A DNA stretch of 63,997 nucleotides, the filler included, from Squatina squatina (Eukaryota): the NCBI GenBank assembly GCA_031763465.1. It is 4 parts of 4 records of this genome, joined end to end, with 100 filler letters (N's around TTAATTAATTAA, not from the genome) between each part and the next. Parts side by side here need not be neighbours in the genome. Positions count along the whole stretch, not along the records: positions 1 to 19,201 come from JARFOE010000115.1; positions 19,302 to 35,245 come from JARFOE010000013.1; 2 more parts are not named here. One strand, 5' to 3'. Positions 12,358 to 23,198 of the stretch are shown piece by piece. A model generated the notes under the pieces. It made no database searches, was not told the origin of the DNA, and saw nothing but the letters and a program-made list of their open reading frames with translations. A program made the position numbers and the translations under genes. Position 1 is the first letter of the stretch. Every line of letters begins with the position of its first letter.

Positions 12358-13982
12358 GTGACATTTTGAACCTCAAAACATTCCGTACTTGGGAATTCAA
12401 TAATAGCTACCCCAGCAGATCGGTCCTGTTCCCGTTGGTCACAACTGGNNNNNNNNNNNNNNNNNNNNNNNNNNNNNNNNNNNNNNNNNNNNNNNNNNNN
12501 NNNNNNNNNNNNNNNNNNNNNNNNNNNNNNNNNNNNNNNNNNNNNNNNNNNNNNNNNNNNNNNNNNNNNNNNNNNNNNNNNNNNNNNNNNNNNNNNNNNN
12601 NNNNNNNNNNNNNNNNNNNNNNNNNNNNNNNNNNNNNNNNNNNNNNNNNNNNNNNNNNNNNNNNNNNNNNNNNNNNNNNNNNNNNNNNNNNNNNNNNNNN
12701 NNNNNNNNNNNNNNNNNNNNNNNNNNNNNNNNNNNNNNNNNNNNNNNNNNNNNNNNNNNNNNNNNNNNNNNNNNNNNNNNNNNNNNNNNNNNNNNNNNNN
12801 NNNNNNNNNNNNNNNNNNNNNNNNNNNNNNNNNNNNNNNNNNNNNNNNNNNNNNNNNNNNNNNNNNNNNNNNNNNNNNNNNNNNNNNNNNNNNNNNNNNN
12901 NNNNNNNNNNNNNNNNNNNNNNNNNNNNNNNNNNNNNNNNNNNNNNNNNNNNNNNNNNNNNNNNNNNNNNNNNNNNNNNNNNNNNNNNNNNNNNNNNNNN
13001 NNNNNNNNNNNNNNNNNNNNNNNNNNNNNNNNNNNNNNNNNNNNNNNNNNNNNNNNNNNNNATAAGCCAACATTTAGTTTTAACCCCTGTCAATCTCATT
13101 TTGTACAACTTGGATAGAAAAAGCCTTATTGCACATGGTAGTCATCCCTGGTTTACACATCTGACTCTGAACGGTCTTCTGCTGTTTGGTGGTCTTCATT
13201 TGGCCGCTGTTGTAACTGGTGTCAAAACGATGGTCAGCAAGTTTGTCTGCAAAGCCAGCTGTCATACCTCTCACAAAGGCCATTTGGAAAAGAAATTGCC
13301 AGCGCAGCTTCCTGTTACCACTCAAATTACTGAGTATTTATTGTTGGTTTATTTTATCCCCATCATCGTTCTATCATTGTTTAGTCATCAGGAACCACGG
13401 TATATTAGCCCACTCATTGTGCCACTTGTTATTCTCAGTGCTCCAAAATGTGATATGCTCAGGTGGAAAGTTGTAATAGTGCTATTTAATGTATTGGGGT
13501 CCGTGCTCTTTGGTTGTCTGCACCAGGGCGGACTAATTCCTTGTCTATCCTATTTAGAAAAAACTCTGCATTCACAGGATCCTTTGGCTAACCAGTATGA
13601 GCACAGTTTGTTATTTTATCACACCTACATGCCTCCTAGGTATCTCTTGAATGTCAAATCAGACCAAGAGTCTATCAGAATCATTGACCTGGGAGGGTCT
13701 GATGTTTCTGAGCTCAACAAAACAGTGAATGGACTACTTGACAATTTTTCTTCCAAACACATTGGGAGTAACCAAATGAATATCTACATTATTGCACCTG
13801 GTACTGTTGAATACCTTATTAAATACTGTGGTTTTCACTGGACAACTGTGGCATCCTTCTTTCCTCATTTATCTATGGAAGATCCTCCTGTTATTCCTTT
13901 TCTTTTTTCTAAGGATGGATTGAGGCAGCTGAGTCTTCACATTTTCAAGGTGCACATAAGGTCAAAGAATTCAGAAAACTAA
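12358..13982 (+). CDS. PIGZ: PIGZ (GPI mannosyltransferase 4) large terminal exon, copy 1 (gap 12449-13061)
   Basis: tttacag|GDILNLKTFRTWEFNNSYPSRSVLFPLVTT, then after the gap HGSHPWFTHL...LSLFSHQEPRY...GCLHQGGL...HTYMPPRYLL...FFPHLSMEDPP to TAA. These are PIGZ/SMP3 motifs. Confidence 0.9.
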
Positions 13983-15099
13983 TGGCTACTCAATTTGGTT
14001 TTGGTGTCTTTCTATTCCTGCTGTATATTTTGGGTTTGCTGGTCCAGGGCCTGATTGTTAAAGCATTCAGGTCCTGTTACAAAGCTTCACCTGTAACAGT
14101 ATTTATGGTAACTGGAGCCTGAACACAATGACAGACATTTTAAAAAGTCTGTGGTTTTAACAAATCATGGGATTTCAGTCAAAGAAACTTTCAGGAATAG
14201 TGTATCTAAATAGTATAATTACATTTCTCTATCTGCAGAATGAATATCATGGAACCAAAGTCTTCAGAAAACCAGAATAAAATGACAAGTATTACATAGT
14301 GCTCCTGGGTAGATATATAGTAAGAGGATTATGTTTACAGGTTCCCTTCTGTGAGTTGCTGATTTTGGCGATATCGAGCCAAAGTTTAGGCAGATCCCTC
14401 ATGGAAGGGAAAATATCTTGCCCACACCAATAGTCTGTTAATTTGTTACATTGGTGGAAAGGATCAAGGAAACTTTGTCTTCTGCTTTGTAATGGTGTGG
14501 TTGTAATGGTGTGGAGGAATCTTAAAGATAGGAAGAAAACTGGACTTTTATGTGAACAAATTGTAGTAATGTTTCTTATGGTTTGGGAAATAAAATGTTA
14601 CATTACAAAGCCTCCTTGTGATACTGAGTGCATCATCATTATCATAGTTCGTGTGATCAAATTGCGATTGTCGCAATACAGGGAAGACTGACGTCTTATA
14701 CCAATTGCAGTCTATTTCCATCCAACCCCTCAACCTTAGGATATTTTTGGTCACTGAAATTTACTGAAGTATCCAAATAAGATGTGCACACCAGGTAAGA
14801 TCGTTTTTAAATAATATTTATATTTTTTGGTAGGATGAATATGATCCATTTTCTTTCTTTGGTAATAACTATGTTTATTAATTAGCATTGTGGAGCACTT
14901 TATTTGACCAATACTGTTATTCCCACAAAGAAAGAATCATTTCCCTGGTCAGGAAAGTGGCTGAGTGTAGGAGACAGAGAGTCGGGATAATGGGCAGGNN
15001 NNNNNNNNNNNNNNNNNNNNNNNNNNNNNNNNNNNNNNNNNNNNNNNNNNNNNNNNNNNNNNNNNNNNNNNNNNNNNNNNNNNNNNNNNNNNNNNNNNT

Positions 15100-15938
15100 A
15101 GTAAGGGCAATTAAGAGTTTGCAGATATTCCAATTCTGGCATTTTTGGCAGCATCATAACCAGCTACAGTTTGTTGGTATTCCCCAGATCCTTCCTGACA
15201 TGCCTGTCCTTTATATTGGACTACTGTGTATACCATTTAGCCTGTCTCTGGGGAGCAGATCCCTGGAATGCATTAACACTGCTGAGCGGGTCACACGTGA
15301 TGTTGGTTTTTTACACCAGGACATTTTCAAATGTTATAGAAGGAGCTCTGTTTGCATTGCTGCTGCTGTTAGTGGCCGTGGACACAAATCGATCAAATGT
15401 GGTACTGCATCCTGACAAAAAGGAAAGAAGGAACAATAAACATCTTATTGGGATTGTTTTGGTCTCCGGCTTTTTTAACAGACCCACGTTCATTGGTTAC
15501 GCTTTGGTGCCGATGCTCCTGTGGCTTTCTCGTGATCAGAAAGGCACATTTCAATTCAGTTTAAGAACAATATTGAAAAACTCCTTTGGCATTTTTTTAC
15601 CTGCAATTGTAACTACTTTCATTTTTATTATGACAGATACATTATATTTTGATTTATTCTTTTCTGAATTTGACTGGCTTTTGAAAGGTGGAAATGCTGT
15701 ACACAAACACATTGGTAATCTAAGCCAACATCTAGCTTTAACTCCTGTCAATTTCATTCTGTATAACTTGGATCCAGAAAACCTTTCTGCACATGGGAGT
15801 CATCCCTGGTTTTCACACCTAACTGTGAATGGTCTTATGATGTTTGGTGCTCTTCATTTGTCAGCTGTTGTAACTGGTATCAGAATTATAACCAGCAAAT
15901 TTGTCTGCAAAGCTGGCTGTCATGTCCCAAAGAAACAG
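15100..15938 (+). CDS. PIGZ: PIGZ paralog, copy 2 (partial, possible frameshift at 5' end)
   Basis: LLVFPRSFLTCLSFILDY...GADPWNALTLLSGSHVMLVFYTRTFSNVIEG...GFFNRPTF...TPVNFILYNL...HGSHPWFSHL. The overlapping part is clearly diverged from copy 1. Confidence 0.85.
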
Positions 15939-16606
15939 NNNNNNNNNNNNNNNNNNNNNNNNNNNNNNNNNNNNNNNNNNNNNNNNNNNNNNNNNNNNNN
16001 NNNNNNNNNNNNNNNNNNNNNNNNNNNNNNNNNNNNNNCCATTACATCCAAGTTATTTTAGATTGACCAAGCTGCACGATGCACACTCAATTACTGATAC
16101 CTCGGCTGACGTGCAGATTGTGCGCATGTCTGTCATTTTGCATGTGATCTTTCATCTCCTAACCTGTAAAAGACTTGGTGGGGTTCTGGATACAATACAG
16201 TACGAAGCAGCTCTTATAAATATTTAATTGCATCTTTGCATCCTCCTAAAGTAGTATTGGCCATATGATGCATTGCTGTTGCTAAACTCCCATGAACGCA
16301 GGTTCAGTACAACTAAATCACCACCTCAGCGTCTATGAGGGTCTGGAAATTCAGATTAAAAAGCTCCTTCCAGGATTTTGGAATTATGGTACCAAGATCA
16401 GGCCGTTTATTCCCAGAGCCAGAACCTTAACTTCCTTGCGCAAGTTTCCAGAATTAAAAATTGAGGAAAAGATGAATTTCTGACTGAAATACTTAGGATG
16501 CATCAGAGGCATTTAACTATTATAGAAGGAAGTTTTAATCATGTTCCACTTAGATTTGATTTTAAATAACTGGGAAAATTGACTACCCAGCCAATATATA
16601 CATTCT

Positions 16607-16681
16607 TCTAGAAGTCAATATATACATTCCTTCTTTACCAACTTATTGGAATATGAAAGCATGTATATATTGACTTCTAGA
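16607..16681. repeat. Perfect 21-bp inverted repeat (fold-back) with adjacent 14-bp direct repeat
   Basis: tctagaagtcaatatatacat (16607-16627) is the exact reverse complement of 16661-16681. caatatatacattc occurs at 16592 and 16616. Confidence 0.85.
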
Positions 16682-17057
16682 GTTACTGAGTGCAGACTGT
16701 AAAGTTAAGGGACAACATTTTGAAACGACTTAACTATGGGAGAAAAATAATCTAATACTCAGCAATTTCTGAAAACCTAAAATCTATTTGCAATATCGTT
16801 GCAGAGCACAGTATGAGGGTAGCAGTCTACACTTTGCACTATATTTCACTGAGCATTATCTAAAATAATTCTCACCTTCACACACTGGCTCAATTAATTT
16901 TCAAGAATTCCCAAACTTAGTTTCCATTTTTCTTTTAACAAAAAAAAAATTCACACTGGTCAGATATCAGTCTTCTAGGCTCTAAATCACATAATTTGAC
17001 AATTGTGTCAAAAATAATAAAATATCAAAAGGAAAAATGGAACTATAGAAGTAGGTA

Positions 17058-17387
17058 CACGGTACAGTAGTGTAATGGTTGCATTACTGGACTAATAATT
17101 CTGAGAATGTGAGCTCAAATCCCACCATGGCTGTTAGAGAATTCGAATTCAGGATTTTAAAAAATGGTATCAGTAAAATGACCATGAAGATTTCGGATTG
17201 TCGTAAAAAAATAGAAAACCTGCGCGTCCTCACCCGATTTGGCCCACATGACTGCAGTCCCATACCAACATGGTTGACTCAAATCGCTAGCGGTTCAAGA
17301 AGGCCCACCACTACCTTCTCAGGGATTGACGATAAATGCTAACCTTGCCAGCAACGCCCACATTCAAACAATGAATTTTAAAAAAAG
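17058..17387 (+). mobile_element. tRNA-derived SINE (shark family, second copy at 38709-38963)
   Basis: A-box/B-box-like head (gtagtgtaatggt...gagctcaaatccc), body shared with the 38709 copy, A-rich tail. Confidence 0.7.
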
Positions 17388-18763
17388 GCCATGTTTGCAG
17401 TACCCAAGTTTGCAATACCTAGATATGCCACAGGTACTCAATGTTTAATAAATGAATTCCTACACTGAGCCTGATTAGTCCTTCATCTTTCAGAGTAAAT
17501 CTTCCAAAGTTAGCAGCAGTAAGTAAAATNNNNNNNNNNNNNNNNNNNNNNNNNNNNNNNNNNNNNNNNNNNNNNNNNNNNNNNNNNNNNNNNNNNNNNN
17601 NNNNNNNNNNNNNNNNNNNNNNNNNNNNNCAGCAGTAAGTAAAATACCACAAAACTAAAGAATAATATTTTTGTTTAAGCAGAAAGGGAAAGGACTTTCC
17701 ATCACTACTGAGTCAGGCAAACACATACGCCAACTCGGAGAACATATTATAATTGTCACTCCAGCAAATAAAGTCCATTGTTTCACTAATGAAATGGAGA
17801 AGCAACACCGCTCACAGGAGTCCATTATACATATATTTGTGTGAAAAACTCAGAGAAATTAGTAGATGGGAAATATGTTTTGGGTTAAACATGTAAGATT
17901 TATAGTAATAATGTCCAGTGTTACCAGAGCCTCTGACATTCACAGTACTGACCCCCAAAGTTACTGTGTGTTTTGAATGAAACCATTTTCACTTTTAAAC
18001 ATGCTGTAGCTCAACACGATGACCTAATGGTCATTAAACATCTGTGGAGAAAGTGAAAATTTCCCCAGTGGATATGAAGAGGGGGATCTCACTTAATGAT
18101 ACCTGGAACGATTTCTACACTAAGACTTCAGTTTTCCCCCTCCTAAGTTAATGTAAATTTTACTACTTCCTTTACTTAGAGGTTCTCAAAATATGCAGAC
18201 AATAAGGAAGTCTAAATTTATAGTCTACTGCTACATGCAATTCGTCAGCAACAGGCCAATCGAGCAAAGTTGTGCTTTTATTAAGTCTGAAGGTNNNNNN
18301 NNNNNNNNNNNNNNNNNNNNNNNNNNNNNNNNNNNNNNNNNNNNNNNNNNNNNNNNNNNNNNNNNNNNNNNNNNNNNNNNNNNNNNNNNNNNNNACTGCC
18401 CCTCCAGGTGAGATCAGCTAACATGGAAGAGATTGGGAACCCTTCCTGCTATGTACAGATTAGTGACTCATTGCTTCAAACAGCTGAGGTGATGGGGGAA
18501 GTGCCCCTTTGTTTTTTTTTTATAAAAAAGGTGTTTTTTCTCTCTTTATTCCCACTCAATCAGGAAGGTAACCTACACCTAGGGCATTGCTGGAGGTGCA
18601 CAAGGCGGGTGACTCATTCTCACCACTTTGGTTTGTTATAATTGAAAGATATGAACAACCATGAACTTCTATTAATGAAAGAGTGAGGCATGCCATCAAA
18701 ACTAGAATAATGCACCTTCAGCTTCCACCAGATAGCCTTTAGTATCATGGTCCATACACTCAC

Positions 18764-18811
18764 CTTATCTGGTACTGCATCCACAATCAGTTCTCCATAC
18801 ATGTTTATTAC
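18764..18811 (-). CDS. SENP5: SENP5 catalytic-domain exon
   Basis: tttccttgcag|VINMYGELIVDAVPDK|gtgagt, 48 nt. SENP3/5-type motif, and synteny favours SENP5. Confidence 0.85.
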
Positions 18812-18829
18812 CTGCAAGGAAACAGAAGT

Positions 18830-19201
18830 ATGAAAAGAAAGTTGCAAGGGATATCAATCAATACGAAGAATTTTTACAATTACATTAAGAAAAAGTGGAT
18901 AGTCAGGAGCAATGTTGGCCCCTTAAAAACTGAAAGTGGTGACATTATCAATGATAATAAGGAAATAGAAGATTATGTTGAATACTTACTTTGCATCAGT
19001 ATTTACAGTAGAAGAGGATAGCATGCTAGAAATCCCAAGGAAACTAATACTGAATCGGGGACAGGGACTCAATAAACTCAAAGCAATTAAAATAACAGTA
19101 ATAAAGAAAATAATGGCACTAAAGAGTGGCAAATCCCCAGGACCAGATGGTTTCCATCCCAGGCTTTTAAAGGAAGTAGGTGAGCACATTGCAGATGTCC
19201 T
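18830..19201 (+). mobile_element. CR1 LINE ORF2 fragment (frameshifted)
   Basis: NTKNFYNYIKKK..VGPLK / LNTYFASVFT...KSPGPDGFHPRLLKE. Confidence 0.85.
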
Positions 19202-19301
19202 NNNNNNNNNNNNNNNNNNNNNNNNNNNNNNNNNNNNNNNNNNNNTTAATTAATTAANNNNNNNNNNNNNNNNNNNNNNNNNNNNNNNNNNNNNNNNNNN
19301 N
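19202..19301. other. Artificial scaffold spacer (44 N + TTAATTAATTAA + 44 N)
   Basis: Palindromic six-frame-stop 12-mer at 19246-19257 embedded in Ns. Gene synteny changes across it. Confidence 0.95.
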
Positions 19302-19838
19302 ATTGCCCTGCCTGCCCATTGTTCCTAACGATCTGCATCTTACCTCTTTGTGGCCAGATACTAAAGTGCCTCAAGTGGTTTGGGGTGATTCTCTTTCTGA
19401 CTTTTTTCCTCCTCCCATGATAAAATATCTGTCACGCTGTTTGATACCTGTTTTCAATAGCGCTGCTGAGATTGGTGATTCATTCGACAAAGAATCAAAA
19501 ACATAAATATGCCTCTTACAATTGGTGCCTTAATGCACTAAACCACTGGAATTGCTCCAGGGATGCGCTCTGCTATTTGTATAAAATTACTTAATAAAAT
19601 TAAAGTTAAAAAAAGACTTTAAAATAATTCAGAGATCAATCCCTTACCATACCAACTTCATTTGTCACCCCTTCTCCATATCGGATGTTTGAACAAGCCA
19701 TCTGAAATAGAAGCAACATCCATAGAGATCGTCAGCCTTGGAAAAAATGGGTGACTTATTTTTATTATTTTTTTCTACATTATTATCACAACGATTAAGT
19801 TGTGAAAGACCATAGGCCATTAAGTGAAATACATGTAC

Positions 19839-19882
19839 CTCAAAAGCATAGTCTGTTGTTCTGGATGTAACATGTCCTGGAG
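19839..19882 (-). CDS. ADHFE1: ADHFE1 (hydroxyacid-oxoacid transhydrogenase) exon 3
   Basis: tgttccag|(A)PGHVTSRTTDYAFE|gtac, carrying the TDYAFE motif. In phase with the exon at 20790. Confidence 0.85.
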
Positions 19883-20789
19883 CTGGAACACACAAATACC
19901 AACACTGAAATGCATTCACAGCTTCCAATCACCATACCGCATAAAAATGGAAACCTCTAGGTTTCAACCAATTTGAGATGAATGCATAGAGTGTTCCTAC
20001 AGTAGAGGTAGTAACACTAACTGATTGTTGTAAGTTTATCTACACACCTGACCAAAGTTGATGTTTCCCACTTCCATAGAGAAACCATCAAACTGCTTTG
20101 GAGAGATTAGCCAGTTTTAAATACCAGTTATCACACTGTCTGCTAAATACATAGGGAAATTTCAAATTACAACATAGTTAGGCACTTGAATTTGATTTCA
20201 TAAAGCCAGGTGTTGGTGCTTAAAGATAAATGGAGTTTTCTTCTGATTAAAAAAAAAATTCCTAAATTGCAGCAGCATAAAGCAGTGACATTAATTCACA
20301 AGAAAACTGCTTATACGACTGTATCTTCAAATCTTTCAAGAATTATAAAATGTGATGCCTAAATCCAATTTTACACAGGTTTTATAATCTGGGATTTTGA
20401 CCTGTGGTCAGTTTCATGTTCCACTATCGCAGAAAACCACAGGATTGAGACAACAAGGCCTACATTTACCAACCTTCATTGAAGTTAATGCATCAAACTC
20501 CTCTTGCAGTTCAATCATAACATATACACAAAAATACTTGAACTATTTACTTTGGTAAATATGGATCCAGTCATTCACAGCACACAGCTACTTACACAAC
20601 TTTATACTCTTGAACTTAGTAGTGGATCCCCAGGCAACTGCAAGTGTTTTAACTGCTCTGTAATTTTCTACTTGACTGCTGAAATACATTTTAACTAGAA
20701 TTAAGAATTATTTACCACCAACTCGTATTCTAATCTCACCTTCTGCAAGGATCATTACAATTAATAATGTTTTCATAACAGAGTATTAC

Positions 20790-20827
20790 CTTGTGAGTAA
20801 GTGTGAGAGTGAGCAGGACACCGACAT
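20790..20827 (-). CDS. ADHFE1: ADHFE1 exon 2
   Basis: ttgactag|CRCPAHSHTYSQ|gtaat, 38 nt. Matches the ADHFE1 N-terminal CxCPxHSHTYSQ. Confidence 0.88.
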
Positions 20828-21164
20828 CTAGTCAAATAACAAAAGACAAAAGATATTCAAATCACACAACTTTTCTCTACTACAGATAGTATAAAAAACA
20901 TTTACAAAACAGCTGCAGTTAATAATTGTTCTTAAATTATACTGCATTTAAATGTGTCCAATTCTGTTTAACAGTTGAGTTACTGTGCAGGACACCAATG
21001 ACTTAGGCTGCACTTACACTACAACTTCAGTATTGGTGCAAAGCACTTTCAGGTTTGCATCAACNNNNNNNNNNNNNNNNNNNNNNNNNNNNNNNNNNNN
21101 NNNNNNNNNNNNNNNNNNNNNNNNNNNNNNNNNNNNNNNNNNNNNNNNNNNNNNNNNNNNNNNN

Positions 21165-21292
21165 CCTGCACTTGCTTAAAAACATGTTTCATCTCTAACT
21201 TTTTCCAGTTTTGACAAGGGTCATCGACTTGAAACGATAACGGTTTCCTTCTCCACAGATGCTGCCTGACTTGCTGAGTATTTACAGCATTA
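21165..21292 (+). mobile_element. Penelope-associated terminal repeat with decayed hammerhead-like core
   Basis: Start is reverse-complementary to the 11305 repeat edge. Contains ttgacaa-gggtc-atc-gactt-gaaac. Confidence 0.55.
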
Positions 21293-21554
21293 TGGACCAT
21301 CTACATGTAGGGTTGCAGAAACAAGCTTTGAACTACACAAAAAAATTGACTGTGGATACAAATGCAAGTCATTTTCTGCACAAAGTATAATCCTGCACTC
21401 ATATTTATACACAGATACACATGAAATACAATAGTTTATTTCAAATTCTTGAAAAACAAAGCCAAGCACATTTTTCAAAGGATAGATATTTCCCCCCCCA
21501 AACGAGAATGTTCTCTGCAGTCAAAAGTACAATATTGAAACAGTTCTACAAGGC

Positions 21555-22015
21555 TCATTTTCCCTTTCCTCGCTGTTTCATGGCTGATTTTCGATCCTGA
21601 CCTTTTCCACCCTTTCGATGACCTTTTCCTCCTTTCCTGCCTTTTGACCACATTTTCTTTCGCTTCGCCGCCTGCTCCTGATCATCTTCACGAAGCTGCC
21701 TATTTACAGCTTTTGTGAGGTCCAGTTTTGGTTTCTTGCTGCACATGATTTTTAANNNNNNNNNNCCGAAAAATCTCCAATCAGGGGCTGGAACTTCCTC
21801 TTCTTGCCTGCATTCCTCAGCTCCTTTTCTTTAGGTAGCTTATCCTGAAATTTGCCAACTGAAGCAGTAGAGGACTTAGCCAGATGAATGGCTCTGCCTA
21901 GCTCAGCCTTGCTTGGCTGGTTGGTCGGGGTGAGTCCCAAGCCTGGCACTTTAATCTTCTGAGCTCTGGCGATATTACGCAGCCTGTTCAGCTCGTTCTT
22001 CCCCACCCTTTCCTT
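21555..22015 (-). CDS. RRS1: RRS1 (ribosome biogenesis regulator) C-terminal half; 10-N gap inside, 5' half missing
   Basis: KERVGKNELNRLRNIARA...STASVGKFQDKLPKEK...GKKRKFQPLIGDF..SKKPKLDLTKAVNRQLREDDQE... Lies between ADHFE1 and CRH as in human. Confidence 0.9.
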
Positions 22016-22459
22016 TTATACATGACAAGGAATGATCCTTCTAGTCCACCCCAAACTTCAAGTGTGATTCCATTTCTCGAGCCAGCCAAATTTGAGCGGG
22101 AACCGGGCGGGTTTGTGCTGTGACCGCTTGCCTAGATTTTGCGCTCAAGTCCACAGAGGCCCTTGAACCCACGGCCTTCTGATCCAGGGGTGAGGTGCCT
22201 TGGGCCGTTCTCCTGAGTTAAAGGTGCTACCTACAAGTGCAAACTGCTGTTGTTGACAAGACTCGGAGTTGGAGGGGTTAGCGAAGAGTGTTATTCTGGG
22301 GTTGGGGCCTTCACACCTCCCCCCCCCCCCCCCACCCCCCCCCCCCAAAAAAATTGAAANNNNNNNNNNNNNNNNNNNNNNNNNNNNNNNNNNNNNNNNN
22401 NNNNNNNNNNNNNNNNNNNNNNNNNNNNNNNNNNNNNNNNNNNNNNNNNNNNNNNNNNN

Positions 22460-23098
22460 GTGCTCGGGGTGTTGGAAGTGTGGACCAGGGTGTCGCGGAG
22501 GGAGCAGTCCCTTCAGAATGCTGAAAGGGGAGGAGAGGAAAAGATGTATTTGGTAGTGGGATCATGCTGGAGGTGGCGAAAATGGCGGCGGATGATCTGT
22601 TGAACGTGGAGGCTGGTGGCGTGAAAGGTGAGGACAAGGGGAACTCTATCGTGGTTCTGGGAGGGAGGGGAAGGGGTGAGAGCAGAAGTGCGGGAAATAG
22701 AACAGACGCAGTTGAGGATCATGTCAACCACAGTAGAGGGGAATCCTCGGTTGAGGAAAAAGACAGACATGTCGGGAGCACTAGTATGGAAGGTGGTGTC
22801 ATCAGAACAGATGCGACGGAGACAGAGGAACTAGATCCCAGTTCTATGTAGCTCAACATAAGCTCGAGGAACAGCACCTCATCTTTCGTTTAGGCAATTT
22901 ACAGCCTTCTGGACTCAACATCAAGTTCAACAATGTCAAACCATAAACTCTGCTCCTTTATTTTTATTTATTTAGTTATTTTCTGGTTTTGGTTCCCCCC
23001 AACGACAGCTGCTTATTATCCATTCACACCCCATCTAGACTCATCTTTTATTTCTTAACTTGCCTATTATTATCTCCTTTTGTCTTGCATTACCTCTT
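22460..23098. mobile_element. Penelope-like element pieces in opposite orientations (22460-22830 minus, 22850-23098 plus)
   Basis: Minus: FLNRGFPSTVV...RVPLVLTFH...RHFRHLQHDPTT. Plus: KLEEQHLIFRLGNLQPSGLNI. Confidence 0.75.
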
Positions 23099-23198
23099 NN
23101 NNNNNNNNNNNNNNNNNNNNNNNNNNNNNNNNNNNNNNNNNNNNNNNNNNNNNNNNNNNNNNNNNNNNNNNNNNNNNNNNNNNNNNNNNNNNNNNNNN

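Noticed and set aside
14668-14691. LSQYRE peptide resembling the NCBP2 N-terminus expected in this synteny block
   Set aside because: Only five residues match, followed by a stop, with no proper start or donor.
17514-17645. cagcagtaagtaaaat duplicated on both sides of a gap
   Set aside because: Unmerged contig overlap, not a target-site duplication.
19246-19257. Palindromic TTAATTAATTAA, repeated at 35290 and 51553, as a biological motif
   Set aside because: Always centred in 44 N + 44 N; an artificial six-frame-stop linker.
19343-19430. Minus-strand exon-like segment ending gag|gtaag
   Set aside because: No recognisable ADHFE1 or neighbouring-gene peptide in any frame.
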